Shown here: positions 15,705 to 24,927 of the stretch, piece by piece
Numbering within the stretch: position 1 is the stretch's first letter
Layout: every line of letters begins with the position of its first letter
Source of the DNA: a virus
Lineage: Duplodnaviria; Caudoviricetes
Virus record (IMG/VR): IMGVR_UViG_3300037424_000543
Location: 1 to 40,182 of that record
Direction: 5' to 3' (one strand)
Length of the DNA: 40,182 bases
Notes under the pieces: model-generated
Database searches by the model: none
Told to the model about the DNA's origin: nothing
Seen by the model: the letters and a program-made list of their open reading frames with translations, nothing else
Program-made: the position numbers and the translations under genes

Positions 15705-16081
15705 GGTTCTTCACCTATGCCGGCCTTGTATCGGTCCAGCAAGTCACGCATGGTTTCCCGCTGGTCTTCTGGATTGTACGCGCTACAGGCCCCGCTGAAC
15801 AATTTCCCGCTGAATCGTCCCGCGTAGATCAGCCCTTCCTTGTCCGCGCTCACGGAAAAGCAATGCTCGTTCGAAGTGTGGAAGTCCAGGCACACCGCGC
15901 CGTCAGGATCGACACCGATAGTCGGCCACGGCGCATCCTCCGGCAATTCGGTCAGCACCTTCCGCATCGCCTCAATCGCTGGCAAGCCAACCGGCGCCGC
16001 ACCATAGCCGTCCCAATCCGCTACGGCGCAGTCTATCAGGATTTGCGCGGCCCAGGCGTCAATGCGCTCTTGGCGAGTCAC
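15701..16081 (-). CDS. Hypothetical protein
   Basis: DWDGYGA.P motif; GTGA overlaps. Confidence 0.75.
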   Translation of the reverse strand: MTRQERIDAWAAQILIDCAVADWDGYGAAPVGLPAIEAMRKVLTELPEDAPWPTIGVDPDGAVCLDFHTSNEHCFSVSADKEGLIYAGRFSGKLFSGACSAYNPEDQRETMRDLLDRYKAGIGEEP

Positions 16082-16278
16082 GGTATCTCCCCGATGGCCA
16101 GGATCAAATGGAAGTGCGCGGATCGGTTCAGCGGATCGCGCATGGCGGTCTGCAACTGCATCTCCAACGCGGCCAGCGCCTTGAACATGGATTGCGTATC
16201 GCCGAGCTCACGTCGCGCGTCGGGCGAGATCGTCTCGACGTGCGAGAGCACGCCGGGGATCAATGGCGGGTCGGTCAT
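16078..16278 (-). CDS. Hypothetical protein
   Basis: GAGG SD; overlaps neighbours. Confidence 0.6.
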   Translation of the reverse strand: MTDPPLIPGVLSHVETISPDARRELGDTQSMFKALAALEMQLQTAMRDPLNRSAHFHLILAIGEIP

Positions 16279-16472
16279 TGCGCCTCTTCCCAAAACCATC
16301 CGCAGCCGCCGCACACTAGACAACCGTCACGCTTCGCTGCATCTCCACAACGTGGGCATGGCCGTTTTTCATGCGGCACGCTGTCGGCGGTTGTGGAAAT
16401 CCAATATCGAATATTCCCTGTGACCAGAACAAAGCCTGCTGTCGTACATCGCGGTTGAGACTGTCGTATCAT
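16275..16472 (-). CDS. Small Zn-finger protein (CxxCG..CxxCGGxG)
   Basis: CPRCG...CLVCGGCGWFWE; AGGAG SD. Confidence 0.6.
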   Translation of the reverse strand: MIRQSQPRCTTAGFVLVTGNIRYWISTTADSVPHEKRPCPRCGDAAKRDGCLVCGGCGWFWEEAQ

Positions 16473-16717
16473 AGCCACTCCTTGAGCTTGATCAGCACCA
16501 GCCCACCCGCCGCCGTGAGCACGGACAACCCGCCGATGATGTAGGCGCGCCAGCGTTCCAACGACCCCAGGCGCCGGGAGTGGTAGTCCAGCCGCTCCTT
16601 GACGTTCTCGCGCAACGCCGCAACCTCCGCCAGCAGGTGGCGTTGATTGACGTCATGCCGCTCCATGGCCTGGATGATACGCTCAAGCTGCGCCGGCGGA
16701 ATGTGCAGGTCGGTCAC
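16469..16717 (-). CDS. Holin/XhlA-like membrane protein
   Basis: Coiled coil, then RL..LE.WR..IIGG and a C-terminal TM segment; directly after the endolysin. Confidence 0.65.
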   Translation of the reverse strand: MTDLHIPPAQLERIIQAMERHDVNQRHLLAEVAALRENVKERLDYHSRRLGSLERWRAYIIGGLSVLTAAGGLVLIKLKEWL

Positions 16718-17151
16718 GCCCAGGCCCTCACATCGAAGCCGGGGCAGGTCTTTCCGGCGGTGTCCACGTCCCGATGCCCGATCACCTTGCCGCGCGGGAT
16801 GTTGTACGTGCCGCGCAGCCATTCGACCAGGGCCGCGAGTTCCTTGATCTGCAGCGGCGTGAACAGGCCGGCCGCTGTGCCGATCAGGCAAATGCCGATG
16901 CTGGTAGCGTTGTGTCCCACGGCATGTGCTCCGACTATCTCGTGTCCGCGCCCGATCTCCACCTTACCGTCCCACTCCGGTGCGTAAATCGCGCTGGTGA
17001 CAGGGTGCCCATTGGATATCACGTAGTGGTATCCGATGCTGTCCCAGCCGCGAGCCTTATGCCAGGCGTCGATCATTTCCCGGCTACCAAACCCGCTGTC
17101 CGAGCAATGGATTATGATGGTGTCGATGGTCGCCACGTCACGGGTGGTCAT
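16714..17151 (-). CDS. Endolysin, N-acetylmuramoyl-L-alanine amidase (T7 lysozyme/Amidase_2)
   Basis: IIIHCS, WH..RGW..IGYHY, GAH..GHN..SIGICL.G, GHRD..K.CPGF. Confidence 0.95.
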   Translation of the reverse strand: MTTRDVATIDTIIIHCSDSGFGSREMIDAWHKARGWDSIGYHYVISNGHPVTSAIYAPEWDGKVEIGRGHEIVGAHAVGHNATSIGICLIGTAAGLFTPLQIKELAALVEWLRGTYNIPRGKVIGHRDVDTAGKTCPGFDVRAWA

Positions 17152-17501
17152 GGCAGCACTCTCCCTTGTTCATCGAACACGCTCTCCCCTGTTAGTCCCG
17201 CCCAAGCCCGCGCTCTCCCTTGTTCGTCCCGCCCGAGCCATGCGTCGCGGAAAGCCCAGACATCGAACACGTCTTCCCACGCTTCACGAAAGGCGAGTAC
17301 CGCCGCCACACAGAAAAAATTCACCACAAACAGGGCCGGAGACGCCAGCAGATACACGATGAATATTGCCCGTCGCAGGTACTTGCTCTTGATCTTGGCG
17401 ATTCGGTTGTGAATGACGTAAATTTTGCCGCTAAAGAACGTATAGACTTTTCGGCACAGCCAGCGCCACGCCCTGATGTCAAAACGGTCGATCATGGTCA
17501 T
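17148..17501 (-). CDS. Membrane protein
   Basis: Long hydrophobic stretch; ATGA overlaps. Confidence 0.6.
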   Translation of the reverse strand: MTMIDRFDIRAWRWLCRKVYTFFSGKIYVIHNRIAKIKSKYLRRAIFIVYLLASPALFVVNFFCVAAVLAFREAWEDVFDVWAFRDAWLGRDEQGRARAWAGLTGESVFDEQGRVLP

Positions 17502-17644
17502 TTCCGATAGTAGAGGCTCGCGCCGTTGACGCCCTTGATCCGGTGGCATTGCCAGCGCCAGGCCCAGCCGTCAAAATCCCAGAAGGAGTCGCAAGGATCG
17601 TCATTTTGCCTGAACGTTGGGACAGGCCACCATTGCCATTTCAT
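17498..17644 (-). CDS. Small Trp-rich hypothetical protein
   Basis: GGGGGAG SD before MKWQWW. Confidence 0.55.
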   Translation of the reverse strand: MKWQWWPVPTFRQNDDPCDSFWDFDGWAWRWQCHRIKGVNGASLYYRK

Positions 17645-17672
17645 CGTCTCCCCCTTCGCGCGAGTTTTACGA

Positions 17673-18119
17673 TCAGCCGCCCGCGCGCACGCCGGACAGC
17701 CGCGCCTTCGCGAGCAGGAAGGCCAGGGCCGCCCGGTTGGCGTAACCCCACCAGACGTTGCGCATGGTGTACCGCCGCCCAAACCCACCGTGAAAGCAGT
17801 AGGCCAAGCGGTGAGCATCGAAAGTCCGTGAGCCTTGACATTTCCTGAGCACCTCCAGGGCGATCCAGCGGCTGACATGCATGTCACGCAGCATGTCCGG
17901 CGGCCCGCGGTATCCGACCGCGTGCGCCGTCTCGGGGAGCACCTGACAGATGCCGCGCTCCCCCGCCGCGCCGTCGCCGCGCTCCGTTTCCGTCTCCGAC
18001 GGCCGCAGGTGCTGCGTCTCGATCCGGCAGATCACGTCGCGCAGTAATTCCAGGTCGCCCTCGCCACGGGCGGTCCATCCGGCGGCCAGGAACACCGCCA
18101 GGATGAGCAGGGCGCGCAC
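17673..18119 (-). CDS. Secreted lytic transglycosylase (SLT-like)
   Basis: Signal peptide, I..IET catalytic Glu, GERGICQV.P.TA, LAY.FHGG, Y motif. Confidence 0.75.
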   Translation of the reverse strand: MRALLILAVFLAAGWTARGEGDLELLRDVICRIETQHLRPSETETERGDGAAGERGICQVLPETAHAVGYRGPPDMLRDMHVSRWIALEVLRKCQGSRTFDAHRLAYCFHGGFGRRYTMRNVWWGYANRAALAFLLAKARLSGVRAGG

Positions 18120-18469
18120 TACTCGCCAGGCTCCATTTTACGCGCTACGGGCGTCGCTGTATCCGTAGACAGCAACCACCCCGGATTCTGGCTGGCCTCT
18201 ATCTGACTACAGTAGGTCAGTTGAATCCAGCGGGCACTCACACGTTGCAGTTCTTCGTTCATTTCGCATACCCCCCTGAATGGCGGACTACAGATAGGCT
18301 TGTAGCTGTCAGGCGGCGCAGAACGAACGATCCCAAACCCGCCACAATCATTGCAACGCGACTCGGTAAACCGGCCACCACAGCGCGGGCAAACACAAAA
18401 TCTGTGCTCTGCAACGGCTGCGGGATCGCCCATCTGTTCTTCAAGGGCCTTCATCATTTCTCCGCTCAT
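18119..18469 (-). CDS. Zn-finger hypothetical protein
   Basis: CPRCGG...CNDCGGFG. Confidence 0.6.
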   Translation of the reverse strand: MSGEMMKALEEQMGDPAAVAEHRFCVCPRCGGRFTESRCNDCGGFGIVRSAPPDSYKPICSPPFRGVCEMNEELQRVSARWIQLTYCSQIEASQNPGWLLSTDTATPVARKMEPGE

Positions 18470-18807
18470 GTCGCATACCCCCGCACGTAGGGCATTCCTG
18501 AGTGGTCTTCCCAAACAGTGCCGCTACCCCTGCACGTAGGGCATACCTGAGTGGCATTCCCAAGCGGTATAACACGGTAGCCCTCGCACTTCGGGCAGAC
18601 GTGCGGCTTGCGTTCAGGCGGAGGCGGCAATCCCGTGGTAGGCTTGTAGCAATCAAGCGCCGCGGTCAGCCTGTAGGACGTACCCCACTCAGCTTGCGCT
18701 GGGGCTGTGTGCTCAAAGCAGTCCCACTTGCCGCAGACCGCGCATTTCACCGTCAGGTAATGCTGCGCCGTCACGCCGGATAGATCACTGGTTATGTCCC
18801 AAGCCAT
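18466..18807 (-). CDS. DnaJ-type Zn-finger minigene
   Basis: GGAGGTG SD; CAVCG, CPKCEG, CPTCRGSG. Confidence 0.7.
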   Translation of the reverse strand: MAWDITSDLSGVTAQHYLTVKCAVCGKWDCFEHTAPAQAEWGTSYRLTAALDCYKPTTGLPPPPERKPHVCPKCEGYRVIPLGNATQVCPTCRGSGTVWEDHSGMPYVRGYAT

Positions 18808-18816
18808 TATCACCTC

Positions 18817-19041
18817 CTATTCCGCAGGCTCCCAAACCCTGCCCGTGCCGCCGCAGGGGTAGCACCCAGCAACGTATTCCGCACCGTTGCACTCCGGACA
18901 GACGCGCGGCGGGCGGCCAGGTGCATTTACCGGCATGAGCGGGGATACTGAACTGAATTGAGAGGGCTGGTAGTGCTCCACGCAATCCGTTTCGCCGCAG
19001 ATGTGGCAGACCACTGTTGCCAATCCATCGTCGTAAGTCAT
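18817..19041 (-). CDS. DnaJ-type Zn-finger minigene (paralog of 18466-18807)
   Basis: CHICG, CPECNG, CYPCGGTG. Confidence 0.7.
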   Translation of the reverse strand: MTYDDGLATVVCHICGETDCVEHYQPSQFSSVSPLMPVNAPGRPPRVCPECNGAEYVAGCYPCGGTGRVWEPAE

Positions 19042-19523
19042 CACCATCTCCATCCAAGGGCCACCACGCCAAAATCACCGCCTCCATTTTGTTCAACAAA
19101 ACGATTCAGTGGATAGGCATTTGACCAGTGAGACCATCCTAGGGCCACGGTCCAGGCGCCCAGCATCATCCCCACCCGCGCGTGCAAGCGGAACATCGCT
19201 TGACTGCCCAACCAGTCCGGCTTGCGATCAAAGAGCGTCAGGCCGATCCCGTGCTGGGAGAACCAGCGGCCCCGCGTCAGGCGCAGGATAGCATCGGCGC
19301 CGGCGAACACGACTTGCTCCCCGCGCCGCTCGAATCCGCCGCCGTGAATACCATACCAATCCTGCTGAAGAACCGCCACCAGCGCAGGCCCGCGATCACC
19401 GCCTCCGTTGATCGGCCCCCAGGCCAGGGACGCCTCACCGGCGTGTGCCACAGCCCAGGCCAGCGCCAGGAAGATCACTGCCCAGAGCAGGACGGAAAGC
19501 GTGAAGGCAATTACGGGGCGCAT
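19041..19523 (-). CDS. PagL-like lipid A 3-O-deacylase / acyloxyacyl hydrolase outer-membrane beta-barrel
   Basis: Signal peptide, alternating beta-strands, LGS...F, HWSNA..N.G.D motif, terminal W. Confidence 0.75.
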   Translation of the reverse strand: MRPVIAFTLSVLLWAVIFLALAWAVAHAGEASLAWGPINGGGDRGPALVAVLQQDWYGIHGGGFERRGEQVVFAGADAILRLTRGRWFSQHGIGLTLFDRKPDWLGSQAMFRLHARVGMMLGAWTVALGWSHWSNAYPLNRFVEQNGGGDFGVVALGWRW

Positions 19524-19525
19524 GG

Positions 19526-20056
19526 TCAGGCCCCCGTGGTGGGTTCGCCGCAGTAAAGTTTCAAGTCCTCCAAGCGCCGGAAAACGTACCGCTCGCCGAA
19601 CTTGTTGATGCAGAGTTTGTGCAGGCCCTTGATGGCAATGTCGAGGGGATCAAGGCAGATGAATCCCACCGGCTCATCGGCGCGCGCCAGACCGATCACG
19701 CCCTTGCCGTACTTGGTTTTGCAGGCGGCGTCAACGGCGGTGAAGTCGGTGGGGATTTCGACAGCGTTGCCGAAGCGCCGGATCAGGTCAGGGAAGTACA
19801 ACTCGCGCTCAGTGGCCAGGTCGATCACTTTGCCGTCGAGGATGGCCTGGATTTCCGCCAAGCCCTCTGCAAGATCATGGATCGCGGCGTCCGGGAGTTT
19901 TTCTTCTGCCGGGACAGAGGGTGGCGAAGCCGACGGCCATGATGGAAACCCCACGGCCAGGCACCCGGCCAGGAACAACCAGGCCACCACGGCCCACCAC
20001 GCGGGATTGCGCCCCGTCGCGCGCTGCGGTTTCGCCGATTGCCAGATCGTCGCCAT
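19526..20056 (-). CDS. Exported or membrane-anchored protein (possible lipoprotein)
   Basis: GGAGG SD; hydrophobic segment containing LAGC; four Cys in the C-terminal part. Confidence 0.75.
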   Translation of the reverse strand: MATIWQSAKPQRATGRNPAWWAVVAWLFLAGCLAVGFPSWPSASPPSVPAEEKLPDAAIHDLAEGLAEIQAILDGKVIDLATERELYFPDLIRRFGNAVEIPTDFTAVDAACKTKYGKGVIGLARADEPVGFICLDPLDIAIKGLHKLCINKFGERYVFRRLEDLKLYCGEPTTGA

Positions 20057-20094
20057 GGGGTCCTCCCCTGTGTGAGGTGTGCGACCGCAAGACT

Positions 20095-20123
20095 ACTATA
20101 CTGGCCCGGCGGCGCCTAGGCAA
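20095..20123 (-). promoter_or_regulatory. Internal sigma70 promoter for the accessory block
   Basis: TTGCCT-17 bp-TATAGT overlapping the stop of the tail tip gene. Confidence 0.65.
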
Positions 20124-23100
20124 ATGGCAGCGGGACGGCAAACGCAAAGCCGTATCTGTAGGTCGTCAGATTGTCATTCGTAACATCAATGAACGCCACG
20201 TCCGTGCCGTTCAGCGCCGCCAGAGCAGGAGTTCCGGCGCCAATTACGGGTGTGGAAATATCCGAGCCGACCTGCGCCCAATCCGTGCCATCGAAACGGT
20301 AGGTGCGCAGATCTTCGTTCCCAGAATCAATGAACGCCACGTCCGTGCCGTTCAGCGCCGCCAGGGCCGGGAAGCCCATCGTAGCGATATTCAGATCATT
20401 CCCGACCTGCGCCCAATCCGTGCCGTCGAAACGGTAGGTGCGCAGATCGCTGTTCGTGCTGTCGATGAACGCCACGTCAGTCCCGTTCAACGCGGTCAGG
20501 GCCGGGGTGCCTACCGTGGCAATGTTCAGATCGTTCCCTACCTGCGCCCAATCCGTGCCGTCGAAATGGTAGGTGCGCAGATCGTCGTTCCCACCATCAA
20601 TGAACGCCACGTCCGTGCCGTTCAGCGCCGCCAGGGCCGGGGCGCCCACCGTAGCGATATTCAGATCATTCCCGACCTGCGCCCAATCCGTGCCGTCGAA
20701 ACGGTAGGTGCGCAGATCGTCGTTCCCAGCATCGATGAACGCCACGTCCGTCCCGTTCAGCGCCGCCAGGGCCGTGACGCCCGCCCCCGCGATATTCAGA
20801 TCATTCCCGACCTGCGCCCAATCCGTGCCGTCGAAACGGTAGGTGCGCAGATCGCTGTTCGTGCTGTCGATGAACGCCACGTCCGTGCCGTTCAGCGCCG
20901 CCAGGGCCGGGATGCCCACCGTGGCAATGTTCAGATCGTTCCCGATCTGCACGGCGCGGGTCCATTTCAGGTAACTTCTACCAGCGCGCTTGATGACCGT
21001 GGTCGTGACCCAATCGCTGGGCGCGCCGATCCTGTTCACGGACCGAATCTCCACGTCGTATGTGCCGGACGTGGAAATGTCCCAGGTGACGAATGTCACC
21101 ACGTCGCCGTCCACGCGGCCGGCGGTTTGATAGACGCTGTCCGCGGCGAGCTTGTAGCGAATTTCGATGTGCCCGCCGTCGGTCACGAATGTATCCTCCG
21201 GCACCGTCCAGGTCACGGTCATGCGCTGTAGCGTGTCGCCGTCCAGGCTTTGCGTTGCAAATGACGCGGCCAGGCCGGTGGGTGGCGCCACCACATGCGG
21301 GTTGGGGAGGAAACTGTTCGGCGCGAAGTCAATCGCGGTCTGGTCGGCGGCGGCCCAATCGAACACGGCGCTGGACGTCTCGCGCAGGCGCATGGCCACG
21401 GCCAGGGCGGGTTGTCCGCCTTCACCCTCGATCCATTCCAGGCTGGTGTCCTCGATATAGAACGGCTTGGCACTCCACCCGTTGATGTCGTTGTCTAGCA
21501 AGATCGTCTCGCCCGCCTTGACCTGCCACGCGCTGAGCTTGAACAGGGCTTCCACGCTCAAGCCCTGGCGCGCGATTTCCAGTGACGTACGATTGAGCCT
21601 TTGCACCGCCGCCGCCGATAGCGAGTAGGGGCGATCAAGATCAATCGGGATGCGTTCGCGCTGATCCTGGTTGAAATACGGATCAGTGACAGCGGTGTGG
21701 GTGCCCGTACCCGTGCCCGTAATGTCCACGGCCCCGCCGCCGATGGTGGTCTCCACCTGAAACGTGTCGACATCCACGACGATAACAAAGTAGTTCGTAC
21801 TCGTGGCGAGGCCGGCCGGGAGCGCCCCGCCGGAGTTCGTCATCTCGTCGATGCGATCCCCGTCCTCGTACTCATGGCCAACGATAGTGATGGTGTCCGC
21901 GCCCGCGTCAACCGTGAACGTCTGTTCGATCACGCGGCGCACCTGCGGCGCTTCCTGCGGCAGATAGTGGTTCGCCGGATCGGGAAAGACCGCCTGTACC
22001 ATGTTGAGCGTTTCGCGGCGTCCGGGTCCGGGCTGCCACGTCAGCGGCGATGCAAGATCGTCCTCATCCAAGGTCACAGTCGGCGTGTCGTAGGCCGCCA
22101 CGCGCACGTCCCATTTGCCGCCGGATTTCACCACGCGCCCATTGCTCGCGGTGGCCAGCAGGTCCAACGCGCCCTGATGCGTACCTTGCAAGGGCAGCAC
22201 GCCGTCGCAGGTGTAACGCAGTTCGCGCATCTTTGTGATTGTATGCACGCCCGTGCCTGCGCCCGTAATGTCCACGGAAGTGCCGGCCATGGCGTTCACC
22301 GCGGTCGTGGCCAGCGTAAGGTACTGCACATGCGTTTCGCCGAGCACGCCCACGGGGATGATGTAGTAGTCCGTGGCGGCGCTCAAGCCCGTCGGGAGCG
22401 CGCCCCCGCTGTTGCTCACCTGCACCACGTCGCCGCGCAACCACGTGAGCGCCTGGGTATTCAGTGCCAGGCGGTCCGTGCTGGCGCTGGCCGTGAATGT
22501 GCGCGACTCGTTGGTTACGTCCACCACTTCCTCGGCCTCGTTGGCGGACGCATCCAGCACGGTGCTGTTCAGATCGGCGGTGGCGGTCTTGGCGCCGTAC
22601 TCGGTATCCCGCATGTAGTCGGCCAGGACCAGGGCGGCGTTGCGAGAAAAGATCGTCGTGGATGTGCGCGTGTCGTAGAGCTTTTTGCCGCGCACCTTGA
22701 ATGCCGCGTTGGGCACGCCGCGTGTGTAAACCTTTGTGCTGTAGCTGTAATGCACCACGGCGTATGCGATGCCCCGTAGGCGATGGTCGTCCGTCCAGGT
22801 CGCGTGTGCCGTGGCATCGTTGCTGCCCACGCTATCGCCAATGGTGCTGCCGGAGCCTTCCGAGAAAATCCATGCTCCGGTGTTCCCCGCGCCGGCGGTG
22901 ATGGCGATGTCGTCCAGGTCGCCGCGAAAAAATCCGTCCTCGCCGTCCGTGGCGGCAAAGTACAGCTTCTGCGATCCGCCCGCGGCGGCAAAGGCGGTGG
23001 CCGTGCTGCCCTTGCTCACGGTATCGAAGAAAATCTCGATGCCACCCGCGTCAGCCTCCACCAGCACCACGGTGGGCTGAAACTTGCTCAACGCGCTGCT

Positions 23101-23823
23101 GCTGGTCACGGTGGTTCCGGCGCTGTCGCGGAAACTCACCGTGCGGTCGCCATTGACGTATAGGCGCCAGTCCGCGGCGCGGGCAACGAGCGTCCCGCCC
23201 GCATCATCCAGGGCACTGCACAGAACCGACAGCGTGAATGTCGCCGTGGAAAAACTGGTGTTGGCGGCCACGTCCGCGTACTGACCCACGCCGTCAAAGC
23301 GCATCCCATTGCCACCTGATAGCCAGGCCGCGCGGGTGTAACCCTGCAAGGTCGTGTCCACGGTCTGCGCGGCGGTGCCCAGGTGCGTGTCCATGGCAAG
23401 GTGGCTATCGAAGCGCCCCATGGTGTTGCCTTCGGCGTCGATGGCCAACTCATCGTCCAGCCACAACTCATCAATGGCCGTGATCTCGTGCGGGGCCAGC
23501 AGATAGACCACGGACAGCCGGAAGTTGTCCGTGCCGGAGATGGTCTTGAACGCTTCGACACCGCCGATACGCGTCTCTCCGTAGACCGCGATCTTGACCG
23601 GAGTGGCCGCAGTGCCGGATACCCCGGCACTGGTCAGCATGCCGGGGATGCCTCGCGGCTGCGGCCCCATCCCCGTGAGGATGAACCCCGCGCCCATGAG
23701 CATCATGTTGCTGGCGTACGGCGCCGCCCCGAGCAGGAAGGGCACTTCGGCCGCCGCGCCTATGCCCGTACCTAGCAGCAGGGCGCCGATAACCAGTTGC
23801 TGATTTTGCGCGGGTGTGCCCAT
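20116..23823 (-). CDS. Tail tip / host specificity protein (gpJ-like) with LamG, FN3 and C-terminal propeller repeats
   Basis: VYG..RIGG, HRLRGIAY, VRGKKLYD.R, N.AL...DY, RY.CDG motifs; LamG-like insert; FN3-like domain; six 45-aa repeats. Confidence 0.9.
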   Translation of the reverse strand: MGTPAQNQQLVIGALLLGTGIGAAAEVPFLLGAAPYASNMMLMGAGFILTGMGPQPRGIPGMLTSAGVSGTAATPVKIAVYGETRIGGVEAFKTISGTDNFRLSVVYLLAPHEITAIDELWLDDELAIDAEGNTMGRFDSHLAMDTHLGTAAQTVDTTLQGYTRAAWLSGGNGMRFDGVGQYADVAANTSFSTATFTLSVLCSALDDAGGTLVARAADWRLYVNGDRTVSFRDSAGTTVTSSSALSKFQPTVVLVEADAGGIEIFFDTVSKGSTATAFAAAGGSQKLYFAATDGEDGFFRGDLDDIAITAGAGNTGAWIFSEGSGSTIGDSVGSNDATAHATWTDDHRLRGIAYAVVHYSYSTKVYTRGVPNAAFKVRGKKLYDTRTSTTIFSRNAALVLADYMRDTEYGAKTATADLNSTVLDASANEAEEVVDVTNESRTFTASASTDRLALNTQALTWLRGDVVQVSNSGGALPTGLSAATDYYIIPVGVLGETHVQYLTLATTAVNAMAGTSVDITGAGTGVHTITKMRELRYTCDGVLPLQGTHQGALDLLATASNGRVVKSGGKWDVRVAAYDTPTVTLDEDDLASPLTWQPGPGRRETLNMVQAVFPDPANHYLPQEAPQVRRVIEQTFTVDAGADTITIVGHEYEDGDRIDEMTNSGGALPAGLATSTNYFVIVVDVDTFQVETTIGGGAVDITGTGTGTHTAVTDPYFNQDQRERIPIDLDRPYSLSAAAVQRLNRTSLEIARQGLSVEALFKLSAWQVKAGETILLDNDINGWSAKPFYIEDTSLEWIEGEGGQPALAVAMRLRETSSAVFDWAAADQTAIDFAPNSFLPNPHVVAPPTGLAASFATQSLDGDTLQRMTVTWTVPEDTFVTDGGHIEIRYKLAADSVYQTAGRVDGDVVTFVTWDISTSGTYDVEIRSVNRIGAPSDWVTTTVIKRAGRSYLKWTRAVQIGNDLNIATVGIPALAALNGTDVAFIDSTNSDLRTYRFDGTDWAQVGNDLNIAGAGVTALAALNGTDVAFIDAGNDDLRTYRFDGTDWAQVGNDLNIATVGAPALAALNGTDVAFIDGGNDDLRTYHFDGTDWAQVGNDLNIATVGTPALTALNGTDVAFIDSTNSDLRTYRFDGTDWAQVGNDLNIATMGFPALAALNGTDVAFIDSGNEDLRTYRFDGTDWAQVGSDISTPVIGAGTPALAALNGTDVAFIDVTNDNLTTYRYGFAFAVPLPFA
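20140..20950 (-). repeat. Six 135-bp coding tandem repeats
   Basis: ATCCGTGCC at 20281, 20416, 20551, 20686, 20821. Confidence 0.95.
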
Positions 23824-23824
23824 C

Positions 23825-24289
23825 TCAGACGCTCCAGCCTTGCACGCACTGCGCGCGCGTGGGGAAGATCAGCCCGGCAACGGCCAGCACCGCCACCTGC
23901 GATCCCAGGCACAGGCCCAGATGCGGGCCGCTGGGATCGTCGTAGAGCACCACGTCGCCACGATGCACGCGCGGCATGGTGACGGGCGGCCCCAGCACCG
24001 CCGTAACGACGGCGGGGAGCGGATGCCCCTGGACTTCAAGGCCGCGCGCTTTCGCTACCGCGCGCATCAGCGTGTAGGCTTGGCGCTCAGTCAAATAGCT
24101 GCCGGGGCCGATGCCCTTGCCGTCCGGCGTCAATGGCGCGAGTTCCGCCGCCAGATCACGCCCGGTAAGTGCCTGCACCCCGGCCAGCGCGAACTGCATA
24201 CAGTCGTGCGTGCCCAGTTCGTAAGGCCGCCGCCGGGCATCCTCCACCAGCGCATGCAAGCGCGATTCCCAGCCCTCGATGCGTATCAT
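23825..24289 (-). CDS. Tail assembly protein, NlpC/P60-like (gpK-like position)
   Basis: W..RL..., G.HDC..FA, RGDVV, HLGLC.G. Confidence 0.8.
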   Translation of the reverse strand: MIRIEGWESRLHALVEDARRRPYELGTHDCMQFALAGVQALTGRDLAAELAPLTPDGKGIGPGSYLTERQAYTLMRAVAKARGLEVQGHPLPAVVTAVLGPPVTMPRVHRGDVVLYDDPSGPHLGLCLGSQVAVLAVAGLIFPTRAQCVQGWSV

Positions 24290-24927
24290 ATTCCTCCACC
24301 CGCACCGCCGGCTTCGCCCAAGCCGGATAGTTCCCTCGCGGCCAGGATTTGCGCCCAGCGTTGATTGCCGACCGCTGCGGTACCCCACTGGCCCGACCAA
24401 CTCAACTGCCGCGGCAGGTAGTCCAGGCCCTTGTCGCCGGGGTAGAGTGCCTTCTGACTCTCCGGCGTATAGCGTAGCGTGCGCGTGCGCATCAACGCGG
24501 CCAGTTCGCTCTCGGCGTGGATCACAAGTTGCGGCTCCGGCCCCTGCACGCCGCGGCACGTGTCCATGCGCCCGGCCCAAGTCGGATCGGTCCCGCCCAG
24601 CACCACGCCCGCGGCGGAGAGCAGGTGTAGCCAGATTTTCACGGGCTTGCCTACGCGCGTGTAACTCAGGGCCAGGGACAACTCCGCGCTATCCACACCA
24701 CCCAGCACAATCTCCACGCCCACGGCCCGCAGTTCGGCAGTCTCGGAAATGGCGTTGACGCGCACCAGGCGCCCGCCGGTCCACGTGAGGCTGTTCCAGG
24801 TGGCGTCGGCGTTGCCCGACCAGTATCGCGTGGTGCCGCTGCCCCACTCGAGCTGTACAAAGTACGCGGGGTACACACGGCCGCTGGTGAGCGCGCTCAC
24901 TTCATCGGCGGTCAGTGAGCGGCTCAT
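24286..24927 (-). CDS. Minor tail / hub protein
   Basis: Synteny; RYWSG...W.G, W.GRMD, RYT..SQ...YPGD.G. Confidence 0.8.
   Translation of the reverse strand: MSRSLTADEVSALTSGRVYPAYFVQLEWGSGTTRYWSGNADATWNSLTWTGGRLVRVNAISETAELRAVGVEIVLGGVDSAELSLALSYTRVGKPVKIWLHLLSAAGVVLGGTDPTWAGRMDTCRGVQGPEPQLVIHAESELAALMRTRTLRYTPESQKALYPGDKGLDYLPRQLSWSGQWGTAAVGNQRWAQILAARELSGLGEAGGAGGGI

Noticed and set aside
20140-20950. Diversity-generating retroelement TR/VR
   Set aside because: No reverse transcriptase; all repeats are in-frame coding.
19921-21231. 436-aa plus-strand ORF
   Set aside because: Antisense shadow of the repetitive tail tip gene.
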